DNA of 64,000 nucleotides from Escherichia coli (GCF_041248615.1 NZ_CP158426.1), one strand, 5' to 3'; positions 1 to 11,309 are shown, counted from the stretch's first letter. Notes: generated by a model from the sequence alone, not told the origin. Numbers and translations: made by a program.

Positions 1-230
1 TCTCGAAACAATTTACTGAGGAATACAATAATGCCCTCCTCTGTTGCTTGAAAAAATATCCTTCATTTGGGTTTGCATGGAATAGATTAGGCGTATATTT
101 ACACAATATAGGAGATCTGGCTGGGTCTTTAGCAGCATTAAAAAGAGCATTTTTCATCAACCCTGATTATCCAAATACAATTGAGCATCTTAACTCGGTA
201 AGAAATAAACTAAAAACTAAAAACTTTTAG
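1..230 (+). CDS. 3' end of a capsule region-2 (serotype-specific) gene, partial; TPR-like C-terminus
   Basis: Reading frame is open from the window edge (no in-frame stop from position 3 to 230); convergent with kpsS as expected for kps region 2; C-terminal residues look TPR-like. Serotype not identifiable. Confidence 0.45.
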   Translation, partial: SKQFTEEYNNALLCCLKKYPSFGFAWNRLGVYLHNIGDLAGSLAALKRAFFINPDYPNTIEHLNSVRNKLKTKNF

Positions 231-307
231 TTTTTATGTATACTTGTGTGAGGAATGAATAGCAATATATCTCAATATCTAAGAGCTGGTTTTTATATCG
301 TTCATAG

Positions 308-1516
308 TTATAATTTTTTTACTTTTATTTGTTTTCTTACTCTATCCCCATAATAAACCCCATTAACCTGCGTCTTCACCAATAAATACCCCCGAAACTT
401 CTTAAACAGTTTCATATCCGGTTTAAAATCGGCCTGCCAGAACTGGTGCAAATGCCCTTGATACGTCAAGCCTTTGATGTCGTACAGGGCATTGCCCATC
501 ACTTTGAGTGGTTTGTTGTGAATCAGCGCAGATATCCCCGCCGTACTGTTAATTGTCACCACCGCTTTTGCGTGGCGTAACAATTCCGGCATCGGGAGAT
601 CGTGCACATAAATGACTCGTTCCCCTAAGCCATATTCCTTACTCAACCGCTTAATTAATGGTCGATAGAGTCTGTGACCACGATCCATTGGATGGTGCTT
701 GATCACCAAATAACTTTCTTTCGGTGCTTTACGTGAAAATGAGTACATGACTTCATTAATATAGTCACGCACATCGTTATAATTGCTGTGGTTACGAATC
801 TGGCTATCGTTATACACCTGCAAAACGGCAAGATAATAACGCTGATCCAGCTCATTCATTAACCTCGGCAATACCTTACGCTGTGTTACCTTGTAAAGTT
901 GCTTGCGCCAGTATGCACGAACCCAGCAACGTGCTTCATACCAGGGGGAAAACGATTTATGGTGGCGGTAGCGAGGGAACTCATGGCGGTAATGCCAGCC
1001 CATCAGGTAATACCACATCGCATGACCTATACGTTTCATCGTTGAAGGTTTTAAGTTCTCAACGTGCGGCGCAGGCATATCTGGTAACTTACGATAAAAA
1101 TCCGGATCGCGCGGTAGCGATGAATATGCGTTTACTCCGCCTTCTTCAACGGTTATAAATTGCGGGCGTAAATATCCTTCTTCAAATGCCAGAAAGCGGA
1201 GCCCTTTCGACTTTGCCCAGCGTTTTGCTTCTTTATGCAATGGGCGACAGTCACCAAAACAGAGGATGGTATCAAAGTCATATTGCCGGTGGAGATCCCG
1301 TAACCATCCGGGGAACTCTTTCGGCGTTTGGTAGTAGGCCAGGTATTGTCGATGGCGGCAGTAAAAACGATCCCCACCGTTGAATACAACATTCACAGCG
1401 TTACGTCCTAATGACTCTAACCATTCGGCGACGTCATTGAAAAAAGGTCCCATCGGCCCCTGCAATAGCAGATATTTTTTACCGGATAATAAAACGGTTA
1501 GTGCATTACCTTGCAT
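308..1516 (-). CDS. kpsS: capsule polysaccharide export protein KpsS
   Basis: 402-aa ORF; translation matches remembered KpsS; last gene of the kpsFEDUCS order. Confidence 0.9.
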   Translation of the reverse strand: MQGNALTVLLSGKKYLLLQGPMGPFFNDVAEWLESLGRNAVNVVFNGGDRFYCRHRQYLAYYQTPKEFPGWLRDLHRQYDFDTILCFGDCRPLHKEAKRWAKSKGLRFLAFEEGYLRPQFITVEEGGVNAYSSLPRDPDFYRKLPDMPAPHVENLKPSTMKRIGHAMWYYLMGWHYRHEFPRYRHHKSFSPWYEARCWVRAYWRKQLYKVTQRKVLPRLMNELDQRYYLAVLQVYNDSQIRNHSNYNDVRDYINEVMYSFSRKAPKESYLVIKHHPMDRGHRLYRPLIKRLSKEYGLGERVIYVHDLPMPELLRHAKAVVTINSTAGISALIHNKPLKVMGNALYDIKGLTYQGHLHQFWQADFKPDMKLFKKFRGYLLVKTQVNGVYYGDRVRKQIKVKKL

Positions 1517-1550
1517 AAATAATTTGCGTAATAGTCAACTATGAAATTGT

Positions 1551-3578
1551 TTAGCCAAATCTGACCTTGCAGAACATAATTAATTTGCGGTAATAGCGTA
1601 TTACCCGTCCCGCTTTTTTTCGGGTAATAAACATCGGCTTACGCGGCGTCTGGATTAAATATTCCGCAGCTTCCTCAACCGTAATAGGCTGTAGCCGTGT
1701 TGGGTGAATATATGTTGGGTAAACAATCAACGCCTGATAGATCAAGTCTGCTATCGTTAATTTTTGCTCGCGGCGCGGGCAATGATGTTCATCAACGGTT
1801 AAACCCCAACCGGCATAGAAGGGCAGGCCGTAACAATGAACTTGCTTGCCATGTAATAACGCTTCAAACCCGGACAATGATGTCATGGTGTGCACTTCAT
1901 CTGCGCGCTGAATGCATTGAATAATATCGGCGCCCAGTGCCTGATAATCAGCGAGTTCAGCAGTCAGTTCTGCCGGAATATCGCCCTTGCGATTCCCCAC
2001 CAGTACATCCGGGTGCGGTTTATAAACAATGTAGGCGTGCGGATTGCGCTCGCGTACTGTGCGTAATAACTCAAGGTTGCTCTTAATCGAGACAGTGCCT
2101 GTTTTAATGGAGGCATCGTCCTCTACCTGACCCGGCACCAGGATAACTTTTTTATCTTTGGCTTCGGCTGGTAGAGAGAAATCGGCTCCCAGGTTGTACT
2201 TACTCAGTTTGCTTTCAACCAGTCGCTGGCGTAATTTTTCAGCTCGCATCTGCTGCGCCAGCGTTAACTGGCTGTGATTAAGCAGGACTTCCAGGTCGCT
2301 GGGGCGCGTGGCGTCATAGTAGATCCCGCGTTTATCCAGTACCAACGATAGCGGCGGCAGCAGGTCAGAGCCAAGTCCGGATGAACGCAGAAAACCATCT
2401 TCCATTCGCCATAACGGCAGTGATTTTTGTTGCGCTTCGGCTCGCCATTGCTGTTCTCCCTTTACACCCCATACCACGCAGGCGCTCGCCGCAGTACAGC
2501 GACGTGAAAAACTCAGCCGGTTTGTTGCCGTTTGCAAGAAAGGTTTCAGGATCGCTGACTTCCACAGCGTTAAGCCTGGCGCCCATAAATAACCATCACG
2601 CTGTTGCAGATGTCGACGTTGTAATTGCAGCCATTGCAGCACGGTAAATAGATCGCTTACTTCTCCCGTTTGCGGATCGATATAGCGACAGTAACGCAGG
2701 TATGCAGCGGCAAAAAGTTCCTCCAGCGTGGCAGAACCGCGTCGGGCAGATAACAAAGCGGACTGTGGATGACGATCGTCGGTTAAACCCCAACCTGCAT
2801 ACCAAGGCTGGCCGAAACATGTTACTGGTTTTCCTGCCAGCAAGGCTTCAAAGCCGTACTGGGAGGTCACGACGTAAACCTGGGAAACGTGTCGCAATAG
2901 CGACTGCGGGCTGACATTCTCGGCAATCAAACGTACTCGTTGCGTGGCACGCAGATCAGCGAAATAACCTGTTTTCTTTCCTTCCAGTACATCTGGGTGC
3001 ACCTTCACCCAAATTTCGGCTTGAGGATTTTCCGCCATCGCGGCTTCCAGCATGGCAGCAAACTCATGCGGGCCAGCATTGCCATACGTCACTGACATAT
3101 CATTAAATGTCTGATCGACAACCAGAACGATGTCTGCACGTTCTGACTCATCAGCCACAAACGCAGGTGCCAGGTTATATTTCGACAAATCTCCGGTCAC
3201 GATGGTGTGCATCGCTTCTCTGGCCTGGCTTATCAGAGCTGTATTTCCGGCTTTATCCTGTACCAGTTTCTCCAGTGCTGAAGGCTTGCTGGCATCGTAG
3301 TAAATGCCACAATCATCCACCACCAGAGAAAGCGGCGGCTCGCCATTGACGCCAAGATCCAGCGAACGCACAAATCCATCTTCCAGACGAATGACGGGTT
3401 TTCCCGCTGCTTTGGCGATGGCGACTGGTTTCGCCGCGCTGGGACGATGTCCCCACACGGCGATAGCATCAACTTCTTGCGGAACAGGGCGCAGCAGAGA
3501 AAGTTTCTGGCACGGTTGCGCCAGAAATTTCTCCAGATGCGGAATACGCCAGATGCCAGGCGAGTAAATGCCAATCAT
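1551..3578 (-). CDS. kpsC: capsule polysaccharide export protein KpsC
   Basis: 675-aa ORF with two-domain architecture typical of KpsC; position between kpsU and kpsS. Confidence 0.9.
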   Translation of the reverse strand: MIGIYSPGIWRIPHLEKFLAQPCQKLSLLRPVPQEVDAIAVWGHRPSAAKPVAIAKAAGKPVIRLEDGFVRSLDLGVNGEPPLSLVVDDCGIYYDASKPSALEKLVQDKAGNTALISQAREAMHTIVTGDLSKYNLAPAFVADESERADIVLVVDQTFNDMSVTYGNAGPHEFAAMLEAAMAENPQAEIWVKVHPDVLEGKKTGYFADLRATQRVRLIAENVSPQSLLRHVSQVYVVTSQYGFEALLAGKPVTCFGQPWYAGWGLTDDRHPQSALLSARRGSATLEELFAAAYLRYCRYIDPQTGEVSDLFTVLQWLQLQRRHLQQRDGYLWAPGLTLWKSAILKPFLQTATNRLSFSRRCTAASACVVWGVKGEQQWRAEAQQKSLPLWRMEDGFLRSSGLGSDLLPPLSLVLDKRGIYYDATRPSDLEVLLNHSQLTLAQQMRAEKLRQRLVESKLSKYNLGADFSLPAEAKDKKVILVPGQVEDDASIKTGTVSIKSNLELLRTVRERNPHAYIVYKPHPDVLVGNRKGDIPAELTAELADYQALGADIIQCIQRADEVHTMTSLSGFEALLHGKQVHCYGLPFYAGWGLTVDEHHCPRREQKLTIADLIYQALIVYPTYIHPTRLQPITVEEAAEYLIQTPRKPMFITRKKAGRVIRYYRKLIMFCKVRFG

Positions 3579-4315
3579 GCGTTTTCAGCCAGTTCCTGTG
3601 CCATCAGGGCGCGCACTTTTTCCAGGCATGCTGGGGTGTCGACGCCCGGACCGGTTGCGGCAACCTCAAATGTGCGGATGTTGATCCCTGCGCTCATCAA
3701 CCGCAGCTGCTCCAGTGATTCTGCCTGCTCTGGCATGGACTCCGGTAACTGACTGTAGTTTTGCAGCACATCGCGACGATAAGCGTAAATACCAACGTGT
3801 TTCAGGTAGCGCGCTTTTTCAGCATTACGCGGATAGGGAATCGGCGAACGGCTGAAATAAAGCGCATCCTGGCGGGTATTTACCACCACTTTTACCGTGC
3901 TTGGCTCGGTCGCTTCTTCGGCAGAAATCGCGTGGCATAGCGTTGCCACTGGCAACGCGGGATCATCACGCATTCCTTGTAACAGCGTTTCTACATCCCG
4001 CGGGCGAATCATTGGTTCATCGCCCTGCAGGTTAATGTAGATATCTGCCTCGACTTTATGCATCACCTCGACCAGCCGATCGGTGCCGGATTCATGATCG
4101 TTGCGCGTCATGATGGCTTTCCCGCCAAACGCCTGCACGGCCTTTTCAACACGCGGGTCGTCTGTTGCCACCCAAACTTCCGCAACGCCCGCCACCTGTA
4201 ACGCACGCTCGTAAACATGCTGGATCATCGGTTTACCAACAATATCGAGCAGTGGCTTACCCGGCAGGCGCGAGGAGCCATAGCGAGCCGGAATGACAAT
4301 AACTGCTTTGCTCAT
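3575..4315 (-). CDS. kpsU: CMP-Kdo synthetase (3-deoxy-manno-octulosonate cytidylyltransferase), capsule-specific
   Basis: 246-aa ORF with KdsB-like sequence; 4-nt overlap with kpsC start. Confidence 0.9.
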   Translation of the reverse strand: MSKAVIVIPARYGSSRLPGKPLLDIVGKPMIQHVYERALQVAGVAEVWVATDDPRVEKAVQAFGGKAIMTRNDHESGTDRLVEVMHKVEADIYINLQGDEPMIRPRDVETLLQGMRDDPALPVATLCHAISAEEATEPSTVKVVVNTRQDALYFSRSPIPYPRNAEKARYLKHVGIYAYRRDVLQNYSQLPESMPEQAESLEQLRLMSAGINIRTFEVAATGPGVDTPACLEKVRALMAQELAENA

Positions 4316-4324
4316 TTCAACTCC

Positions 4325-6004
4325 TTACAAAGACAGAATCACTTTTGCACCCACCGCCAACTGGTAAAGGATGGTGGAAATACCGCGAGTAACTTCAATG
4401 TTTTTCGATTCATATTTCGGCAGAACCATAATCTCATCGCCCGGTTTGAGTGAATCCACATCTTCTGCGTTGACGGCTGCACCGTTCTGACGAATGACGA
4501 TAATTCTGGCGTTACCCGATTTCTGCGTCAGGCCACCACATTTCTCGATGTAATCCTCGGTGGTCATACCCTTCTGCCAGCTCACCGCGTTCGGGAACAG
4601 CACTTCGCCATGAACCATAACCAGCGATGTTTTCTCCGGAATATTGATGACGTCGCCATCTTCAAGCAGAACAGAATCAATATTGGATTCGTTGAGGATC
4701 ACTTCACCTTTCGGAACAACGGTGCGTGCTTTCGCCACAAAGCGGCTGATCAGTTGTGCTTCCTGCATTCGCAGGCTGGCTTCTTCTTTGGTGGATGACT
4801 GGGCAGAAAGTGATGCTTCCTCCAGCTTTTGCAGCGAGAGATTCAGCATCTCTTTCTGACGCTGAGCCACTGATGGGCGATAAAGCTGAACTGCGTTCAT
4901 CTGCGACATGCTGTTCGGGCGGACTTTTTCCAGAACCGCACGCATAGTGGAACCATAAGGCAGTACCATGGCATGTTCACCGGAGTGTGCGCCTTCAACC
5001 CGCACCTGAATGGTGCCGGCATAGCGGTCAGTGCTCACGATTAAGGTATCGCCATTTTGCAACATACGGCCTGGCGCAGAACTGATCGGATAGTATTCGC
5101 TGCGTTTTTGCAGCCCCTGTTTACGCATAATCGTAATGTGAGTCGCGCCAGGCTTAGGGCGCGCCCAGCTCAACGCTTCCGTTACGGGAATGCTGCTTTC
5201 GCGGAACTCAAAGTCGTAGCTGTTAAAGACATCGCCCTGAACGCTGAAAGTATGCTGACGCGGCCCGACGATGATGGTGTCACCATCGGCGAACTGCGAA
5301 AGCCCCAGTTTGCCGTTCAGCAGGAAGTCGTACAGGTTGACGTTGGAGCGCACGCGGTTACCGCGCTTGACCACAATATCAACGTAACTTCCGCGCTCTG
5401 GATCAACGCCGCCAGCCTTGATCAGATAATTGAGTAACGAATCAGACGTCACACCGCCATACAGACCAGGATTACGCACAAATCCGGTCACGTACACTTT
5501 TACTGGCTGCGCCTGTAATAAGGAGGCGTAGACGTTGACGTTGGACTGGTATACTTCCTTCACTTTGGATGTGACCAGGGCATTTAGCTGACTATTACTG
5601 ACGCCAGCAACTTTCACCGGACCAACGTTCGGCAGGAAAATATTACCTTTGGGATCAACCTGTAACGCACCATCAAAGGTGAACGCACCCCACAAGCGAA
5701 CCTGAATGCTATCACCCGGATTCAGAATATAGTCAGGGTTGAATCCTACCGTCGCACCGCTATCTGCGCTGGTGCCGTTGAAAAGTTGAGCACCAAACAT
5801 ACGGCTCATTACCACCGGCGGTGCGGGCGGCGGGGTATTGTCGAAGCCGCTCATGTTTTGCGTATCCGACTGTTGCCCGTTCAGAATACCGGTAAGCGGC
5901 GCGGCTCCTGTAAGGTTTGGGTCGGCGTTAATATCAATGGCCGCGCTGGCCTGCGCCGCGTGACAGGCGGCAATCAGTAAAATTGATTTAAATAATTTCA
6001 TCAC
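4325..6004 (-). CDS. kpsD: periplasmic/outer-membrane capsule export protein KpsD
   Basis: 559-aa ORF with N-terminal signal peptide; synteny. Confidence 0.9.
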   Translation of the reverse strand: MMKLFKSILLIAACHAAQASAAIDINADPNLTGAAPLTGILNGQQSDTQNMSGFDNTPPPAPPVVMSRMFGAQLFNGTSADSGATVGFNPDYILNPGDSIQVRLWGAFTFDGALQVDPKGNIFLPNVGPVKVAGVSNSQLNALVTSKVKEVYQSNVNVYASLLQAQPVKVYVTGFVRNPGLYGGVTSDSLLNYLIKAGGVDPERGSYVDIVVKRGNRVRSNVNLYDFLLNGKLGLSQFADGDTIIVGPRQHTFSVQGDVFNSYDFEFRESSIPVTEALSWARPKPGATHITIMRKQGLQKRSEYYPISSAPGRMLQNGDTLIVSTDRYAGTIQVRVEGAHSGEHAMVLPYGSTMRAVLEKVRPNSMSQMNAVQLYRPSVAQRQKEMLNLSLQKLEEASLSAQSSTKEEASLRMQEAQLISRFVAKARTVVPKGEVILNESNIDSVLLEDGDVINIPEKTSLVMVHGEVLFPNAVSWQKGMTTEDYIEKCGGLTQKSGNARIIVIRQNGAAVNAEDVDSLKPGDEIMVLPKYESKNIEVTRGISTILYQLAVGAKVILSL

Positions 6005-6024
6005 AAACTCATTCAGCGACAGCG

Positions 6025-7173
6025 TTAGTCTCGGTGATCTTCAATAACAGCCAGCAACAGTTTCAGGGTGCCGAATAGCAGGCAGCACACCAGTAACCAG
6101 CAGGCGATCAAATAAGGGATATTTGGAAAAGACGATTCCTGCGGCAACTGTGGCGAACTGATCACTGACAGCACCTTGAGCTTACGAGCCGCTTCTACAC
6201 GGGTCTTTTCAATGGAGGTCAGGGTCAGTTTGTACAGCTCGGTGTTGAACTCTACTTTTGATTTGATTTCTTCAAAATCCACCGCCATACGGTTTAGCTT
6301 GTCACCCTGCGGCGCTGTGATTTTGCTTTTTTCTTCGTCAATTTGTGCCTGCAATGACTGAATCGCATTACGCGCACTCACAACTTGCGGGGCGTCTTCA
6401 CGCAGATACGTCAGCAAGTTCCGCAGGTCCGCTTCCATCTGGATCTTCTGGCCCATCAGCGTATTGACTAACGTGCTCGCCGCCTGTGCCTGTGCCTGTG
6501 GATCCAGAACGTTGTTGTTGTCCTGATAAGAGAGCAATTCCGCTTTGCTGGCGTCCAGACGCTGGCGTGCCTTTTCCATCTCCGTTTCTGCAAAGGCAAG
6601 CTGGTCACGCGCGATGCGATGTGACATCTCATTGATAAAGCGCTCTGACTCTTTCAGCACGGTCTGGTTAAACTTAAGCGCAAACTCCGGGCTAAAGCCC
6701 TGCGTCTGAATATTCAGTAATCCGGTTTTATCGTCATACGAGACGTTGATACGGTCCTTGTAGTACTTCAGGAAGCCTTCTGCAGTTTCATCCTTGCTAA
6801 GATGATTAAGAAAATCGAGCCCGCTGTGGCTAAACGCTTCACGAAAATTTAGTTGCTTATCCAGTGCCGCCAGCATATCCGGCGAGTTGATGTACTCTTT
6901 CAGATACAACGCATCTTCTGCGGAACTGGGGTTAGAGGCACCCAGAAGCAGACCAAAATTCAGGCTGCCGCTGTTTAAATCATCCGAGCGTTTAATGGCG
7001 ACTTTCGACTCGCTCATATAGCGAGGCTGGCTGAAGATAGCCAGATAGATCAGCAGCACCGCCATCGGTGCCAGAATGATGATTTTCGCCAGGTGTTTTT
7101 GGATATCTGCCAGTGAGATGGCAGACAGACGAGCACGCATCCAGGATACGGCAGACTTCACTTTTATCAACAT
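6025..7173 (-). CDS. kpsE: capsule export inner-membrane protein KpsE
   Basis: 382-aa ORF, polysaccharide co-polymerase-like with C-terminal hydrophobic segment; synteny. Confidence 0.9.
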   Translation of the reverse strand: MLIKVKSAVSWMRARLSAISLADIQKHLAKIIILAPMAVLLIYLAIFSQPRYMSESKVAIKRSDDLNSGSLNFGLLLGASNPSSAEDALYLKEYINSPDMLAALDKQLNFREAFSHSGLDFLNHLSKDETAEGFLKYYKDRINVSYDDKTGLLNIQTQGFSPEFALKFNQTVLKESERFINEMSHRIARDQLAFAETEMEKARQRLDASKAELLSYQDNNNVLDPQAQAQAASTLVNTLMGQKIQMEADLRNLLTYLREDAPQVVSARNAIQSLQAQIDEEKSKITAPQGDKLNRMAVDFEEIKSKVEFNTELYKLTLTSIEKTRVEAARKLKVLSVISSPQLPQESSFPNIPYLIACWLLVCCLLFGTLKLLLAVIEDHRD

Positions 7174-7244
7174 GTAACGATTATCAAAGTTTCAGTGGGG
7201 CGCAAACTCAATGAGAGACTAACCTCTCGCACCCCGTTGCTTAA

Positions 7245-8228
7245 TTAGTCGAAAATGCGCACAAGGCCAGTGACTTTATTTGCCTTGTTGGTCACCAATA
7301 ACGTTGAGACGCGGTGCTTTTGCATTTTTTCTTCCGCTTCAATGATCATGGTGTCTTCCGGTAGCGTCAGCGGTTCACGTGTCATCATCTGCGCAGCCGT
7401 GGCGGATGTCAGAGAATCCTCTTTTTCCATAAAGCGACGCAGGTCACCGTCGGTGATAATGCCCGCTAGCCCACCTTCTGCGTCTTCTACCATCACCATT
7501 CCCTGGCATCCGCTGGTGATACGTTGAATCACGGTTTTAAATGACGCATCCAGCTGTACCGCAGGAACATCATGCTGCATGACATCAGCAACGCGGGTCA
7601 GCAGGCGACGACCTAATGAACCGCCCGGGTGATAGCGCGCAAAATCATTCGGCATAAATTTGCGTTGGTGGATCATGGCAATCGCCAGCGCATCGCCGAT
7701 CGCCATCGTCAGCGTGGTAGACGTTGTTGGTGCAAGATTATTCGGGCAGGTTTCATTCGCCATGTGGAGTTCCAGCACGGCATCAGCATTTTTCGCCAGC
7801 GTGGAATTTCCATTATTGGTAATGGCGATAATTCGGTTGCCGAAATTTTTCAGTGAAGGAACTAGCTTGAGGATTTCATCCGTTTCACCGCTGGCAGAAA
7901 TAAGGATCAGAAGATCGTAAGGCGTAATCATGCCCAGATCGCCATGGAAAGCTTCTGCAGGATGAATAAAGAAACTAGGCGTACCCGTAGAGGCCAGCGT
8001 CGCTGACATTTTACGACCGACATGCCCTGATTTACCCATTCCCGAAAGAATAACGTGCCCTTTACAGTTCATTATCAAATTAAGGACACGCTGGTACTGC
8101 CCGGAATCCAGTTGTTTAGACAAGTTTTGTAATGCTGCGCCTTGTTCTGCCAGAGTCTGGCGAACAGAGGTAATTAGATATGGATCGATAGTACTGCTCT
8201 GGTCATCAGGTAAATGTCTTTCAGACAT
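7245..8228 (-). CDS. kpsF: arabinose-5-phosphate isomerase KpsF (SIS + CBS domains)
   Basis: Start trimmed to internal Met (MSERHLPDDQ...) with SD-like AGGAGC just upstream; SIS/CBS sequence; first gene of region 1. Confidence 0.9.
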   Translation of the reverse strand: MSERHLPDDQSSTIDPYLITSVRQTLAEQGAALQNLSKQLDSGQYQRVLNLIMNCKGHVILSGMGKSGHVGRKMSATLASTGTPSFFIHPAEAFHGDLGMITPYDLLILISASGETDEILKLVPSLKNFGNRIIAITNNGNSTLAKNADAVLELHMANETCPNNLAPTTSTTLTMAIGDALAIAMIHQRKFMPNDFARYHPGGSLGRRLLTRVADVMQHDVPAVQLDASFKTVIQRITSGCQGMVMVEDAEGGLAGIITDGDLRRFMEKEDSLTSATAAQMMTREPLTLPEDTMIIEAEEKMQKHRVSTLLVTNKANKVTGLVRIFD

Positions 8229-8700
8229 ATCAGCTCCTTTGCACGGAAATAATGCCACAGTCACAACAAACCCGAACCCACTATAATTTATTTATGCTAA
8301 ATCAATGGGTTGTAACAAAATTTTTAATGAATATAAAACCATGGTCAGTCCATGCTTATATGCAGGACTTATCACCTTCTTATTAAGTCGCAATGTCTCA
8401 TGGAGGTGCGAAGATGCTGCAATATTACAGGCGAGAAGGGGAACCAAATTTTGCCCACCTATTTAACACACCCCTACATTATGAACAAGGAATTTAGGAT
8501 TTTTATCATTTATTAAAATGTTTCCTACTTGACTATTAAACCAAAAAACAATTTATCAATTGATTATTTCCTTGTAAAAAAAGAACGTATGACCATGTTA
8601 TTAATAAATAAAACACGTAAATAATGGTGATGTTGTTTTGTGATTAACTATTTAAGAGTGGCATAATAAACAAGTTGACAATTTCTATGTAAAGAAGAAG
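8229..8700 (-). promoter_or_regulatory. kps region 1 promoter / long AT-rich leader (approximate)
   Basis: About 1.2 kb of AT-rich sequence upstream of kpsF without convincing ORFs; region 1 is known to be driven from a promoter a few hundred bp upstream of kpsF. Exact -10/-35 not resolved. Confidence 0.35.
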
Positions 8701-9026
8701 AAAATAATAAAATTTTAGCGGTGACTATTGAATGATATGATAGTTGTGGTGTTGATTATTTCTGGTAATGAATGCGGAATTAAATCTGGCCGGATTGTAT
8801 TTTTGCTATATCTATTTTTCAGGAGATTATTATTAAATATAAAAATAACAATGGTGATTATCTCCGGTTGACCTGGAGTCACGTATGCCAGCGAGTGCTT
8901 TCTTCCGGGCCTTCCTTCACTTCAGAGAAAAAGAGGCAATCATCAGGCTCTTTTTGAGTCATATGCGCCGATAATCAACTGTCTTGAACGTAAAAATTAT
9001 GGAGCAACATGATGCTACGATTCATT

Positions 9027-9248
9027 TCACTCTTCGTTCTTTCTGAGCATTGCGTTCAGGATGGTCAGCAATTTACGCATACTGTCAACCAGCGCCACTT
9101 TTTTGGTTTTTCCGGCTGCTGACAGATGCATGTAAAATGCCTTTATCACCGGATTAAACCAGGTTACCACAAGCGCTGCCATGTGCAGGGCTGCTCTTGC
9201 CTCCGTACGCGCACTGGCGTCGTTCGGCCAGCAGATATGTGTGGGATA
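9027..9248 (-). pseudogene. IS110-family transposase, C-terminal fragment only
   Basis: Minus-strand translation ...ASARTEARAALHMAALVVTWFNPVIKAFYMHLSAAGKTKKVALVDSMRKLLTILNAMLRKNEE* matches the conserved C-terminus of IS110-family transposases; no upstream catalytic part present. Confidence 0.5.
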
Positions 9249-9372
9249 ACAGGGATGTTATGTGAACTGAACTGTGTTTTGTTAGCGGGGGGATGTTTAT
9301 TGATGATTCGGGAGTGTTTAAGACCTGATGGCGTTATGCTCCCAAGTTTATTTTATATAAAGATCCAAAAGC

Positions 9373-9400
9373 AAAAACCCGCCTTGTGGGCGGGTTCTTT
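9373..9400. terminator. bidirectional rho-independent terminator-like hairpin
   Basis: AAAAA-CCCGCC-TTGTG-GGCGGG-TTCTTT: 6-bp GC stem flanked by A-run and T-run; lies downstream of the minus-strand gene ending at 9540. Confidence 0.55.
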
Positions 9401-9407
9401 AGAATAG

Positions 9408-9429
9408 TGGTGCCGGAATCGGAATCGAA
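9408..9429. repeat. degenerate direct repeat of the pheV 3' end (putative distal att site of the island)
   Basis: TGGTGCCGGAATCGGAATCGAA here versus TGGTGCCCGGACTCGGAATCGAA at the pheV 3' end (43752-43774), same orientation. Confidence 0.55.
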
Positions 9430-9539
9430 AATTTCTTTTATCATATTGATATTAATATAATTTGTTTGGTTTGATTAAAAATGTACCCTCAATTATACCC
9501 GCAGTCCCTTTTGATATCGAAAGGGAATCACACTCGGGA

Positions 9540-10382
9540 TCAGGCTGAGAGCACAGAAGGAAAGTACCTGGCTATTATATCGTTAATTCTGTCAATCAGT
9601 TCCAGCCTTTTGAAAGTGATGTGTGCAGATCCCTTCTTAAAGTATTTAATGATGAACATCTCGTCTTCATAGCGCTCTTTACCCTGAACGGACTGGATGT
9701 GACCATCCAGACGAATAGTGATGTTTTCCCGGTTGTCGGGGATCGGTTTGCCGCTGAACAGATGTAGCATTCTTTCCAGGTCGACGAGTCGGTCAGTCTG
9801 TTGCCCGGTGATAAGATGAAACCCCCACCGGTCCCACCTCACCAGGTTGTTGACGATAATTTTACTGCCAAATTTGCAGGGGCAATTGGTTTTGTAATTC
9901 CAGCTCAGTCCCCTGAAGACGTTGATCACCCCTCGCTCAAACACCTCATCCTTATTCTGGTGTAGTTGTTCAAATGTGATCAGAATGTTCGCTTCACTGA
10001 TTTCCGGAAAATTATCGTACTCCAGTGACCGGTACCATGTATCACGGGCCTGTGCATCCATTAAGGAAAGCATCCCTGAACGTTGCATCAGGTCACGCCA
10101 GATTTCGCGATCGAGATTGCGTGTGATGGCTTTCATTGCGGTTTCCGGTTTCTCCATCAGCCAGCAGCCGCAGCGAAAATCCTGTTTCATGGCCCAGCCC
10201 GGGGCGGCTTTACCGCCAATACTTTCTGTCATTGCTGATATTTCAGCCAGTTGCCGGATAAGTGTGTCGATTTGCAGCAGTGTACTCTTTCGTACAGCCA
10301 GAATGTGGCGGATATTGGTTGAGCAGATAACGTCCGTATGCCCGGTGACCACTTCCGGACGGGAGATTGTGATGTCTGACAT
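9540..10382 (-). CDS. hypothetical protein (DUF4942-like, usually found distal to yeeW in CP4-44-type modules)
   Basis: 280-aa ORF; family assignment from memory of co-occurrence, not verified. Confidence 0.55.
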   Translation of the reverse strand: MSDITISRPEVVTGHTDVICSTNIRHILAVRKSTLLQIDTLIRQLAEISAMTESIGGKAAPGWAMKQDFRCGCWLMEKPETAMKAITRNLDREIWRDLMQRSGMLSLMDAQARDTWYRSLEYDNFPEISEANILITFEQLHQNKDEVFERGVINVFRGLSWNYKTNCPCKFGSKIIVNNLVRWDRWGFHLITGQQTDRLVDLERMLHLFSGKPIPDNRENITIRLDGHIQSVQGKERYEDEMFIIKYFKKGSAHITFKRLELIDRINDIIARYFPSVLSA

Positions 10383-10466
10383 TATCGGTTTCCCTTTTGG
10401 TTTATAAACGAAAACGCCAGCCCTGTTCAGGCTGACGTCAGTGGAATGAAGTATGGTGAGTGATAT

Positions 10467-10889
10467 TTACCGGTTCTGGTGCAGAAGCTGCAGGTGACGA
10501 AGAGTACGGACATCCTCCCGGGCCTGTTCGATACAGGGCAACAGTGCTGCCGAATCCGTTTTATCCTCATCGTTGTCAAAGATAATTCCCGATTCGCAGT
10601 CGATATTGTCCTGCAGCCACGCAATGAGGATATCCAGCGCTGTTTCAGTGGTTAATGGCATCACGCTCTGTATCACTGTATTGTCTTCCGGCAACTGATG
10701 AGGGCTGGCAGAAGTCGCCGGTGTTTCGGTAGCGTCATGTTCATCCACCACGCGGAGTGAATAACCGTTTTCAGCGACTTTGTTAATCAGTTCAGCGAGC
10801 TTAATACCATCGACGTCAACGACAATGCGCCCCATGTTCAGCGCCTGCGCATTAATGCTGTCGGCTTCCAGCGTCAGGGCCAGTTTCAT
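10467..10889 (-). CDS. yeeW: YeeW-like protein
   Basis: 140-aa ORF immediately downstream of cbtA, 4-nt overlap; matches remembered YeeW N-terminus. Confidence 0.6.
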   Translation of the reverse strand: MKLALTLEADSINAQALNMGRIVVDVDGIKLAELINKVAENGYSLRVVDEHDATETPATSASPHQLPEDNTVIQSVMPLTTETALDILIAWLQDNIDCESGIIFDNDEDKTDSAALLPCIEQAREDVRTLRHLQLLHQNR

Positions 10890-11263
10890 TGTTTCGCCTC
10901 CGGATGCTTACCCAGAGTAATGTTATTTACTGTTCGGTAATTGTCGCGGGTCATCAGGCCGGTCGCCCTGCGAGCCCGGAGGATATCGATGCTGTTTATT
11001 AACTGAGAGCGGGTACAGGCGCTGAATCCCGGCTGGTCGGTACGCACCAGCGCGTATTTTTCCACGAGAAAGTTCACCGCATCACACAGTGAAATGCCTG
11101 CCTCAATATGCTGCTCAATCACACGTTCATCAGCGAACGGTGTGTCATTCAGTGTGAGGCCGTAATGCTGGTCCAGCAGTCGGGTGAGCAGTGTATGCCA
11201 GATGGTGACGGGAGACGGGCAGCACGATGCCTCCCGTACGTGTGTGTCAGGTAATGTTTTCAT
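10886..11263 (-). CDS. cbtA: type IV toxin CbtA (YeeV family, cytoskeleton-binding toxin)
   Basis: Start trimmed to internal Met (MKTLPDTHVREAS...); about 125 aa; near-identical to remembered CbtA/YeeV. Confidence 0.85.
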   Translation of the reverse strand: MKTLPDTHVREASCCPSPVTIWHTLLTRLLDQHYGLTLNDTPFADERVIEQHIEAGISLCDAVNFLVEKYALVRTDQPGFSACTRSQLINSIDILRARRATGLMTRDNYRTVNNITLGKHPEAKQ

Positions 11264-11309
11264 CTTAAGTTCTCTGTAACTGGTAGTGCTAAAGGTGAGA
11301 TATTCGGGG

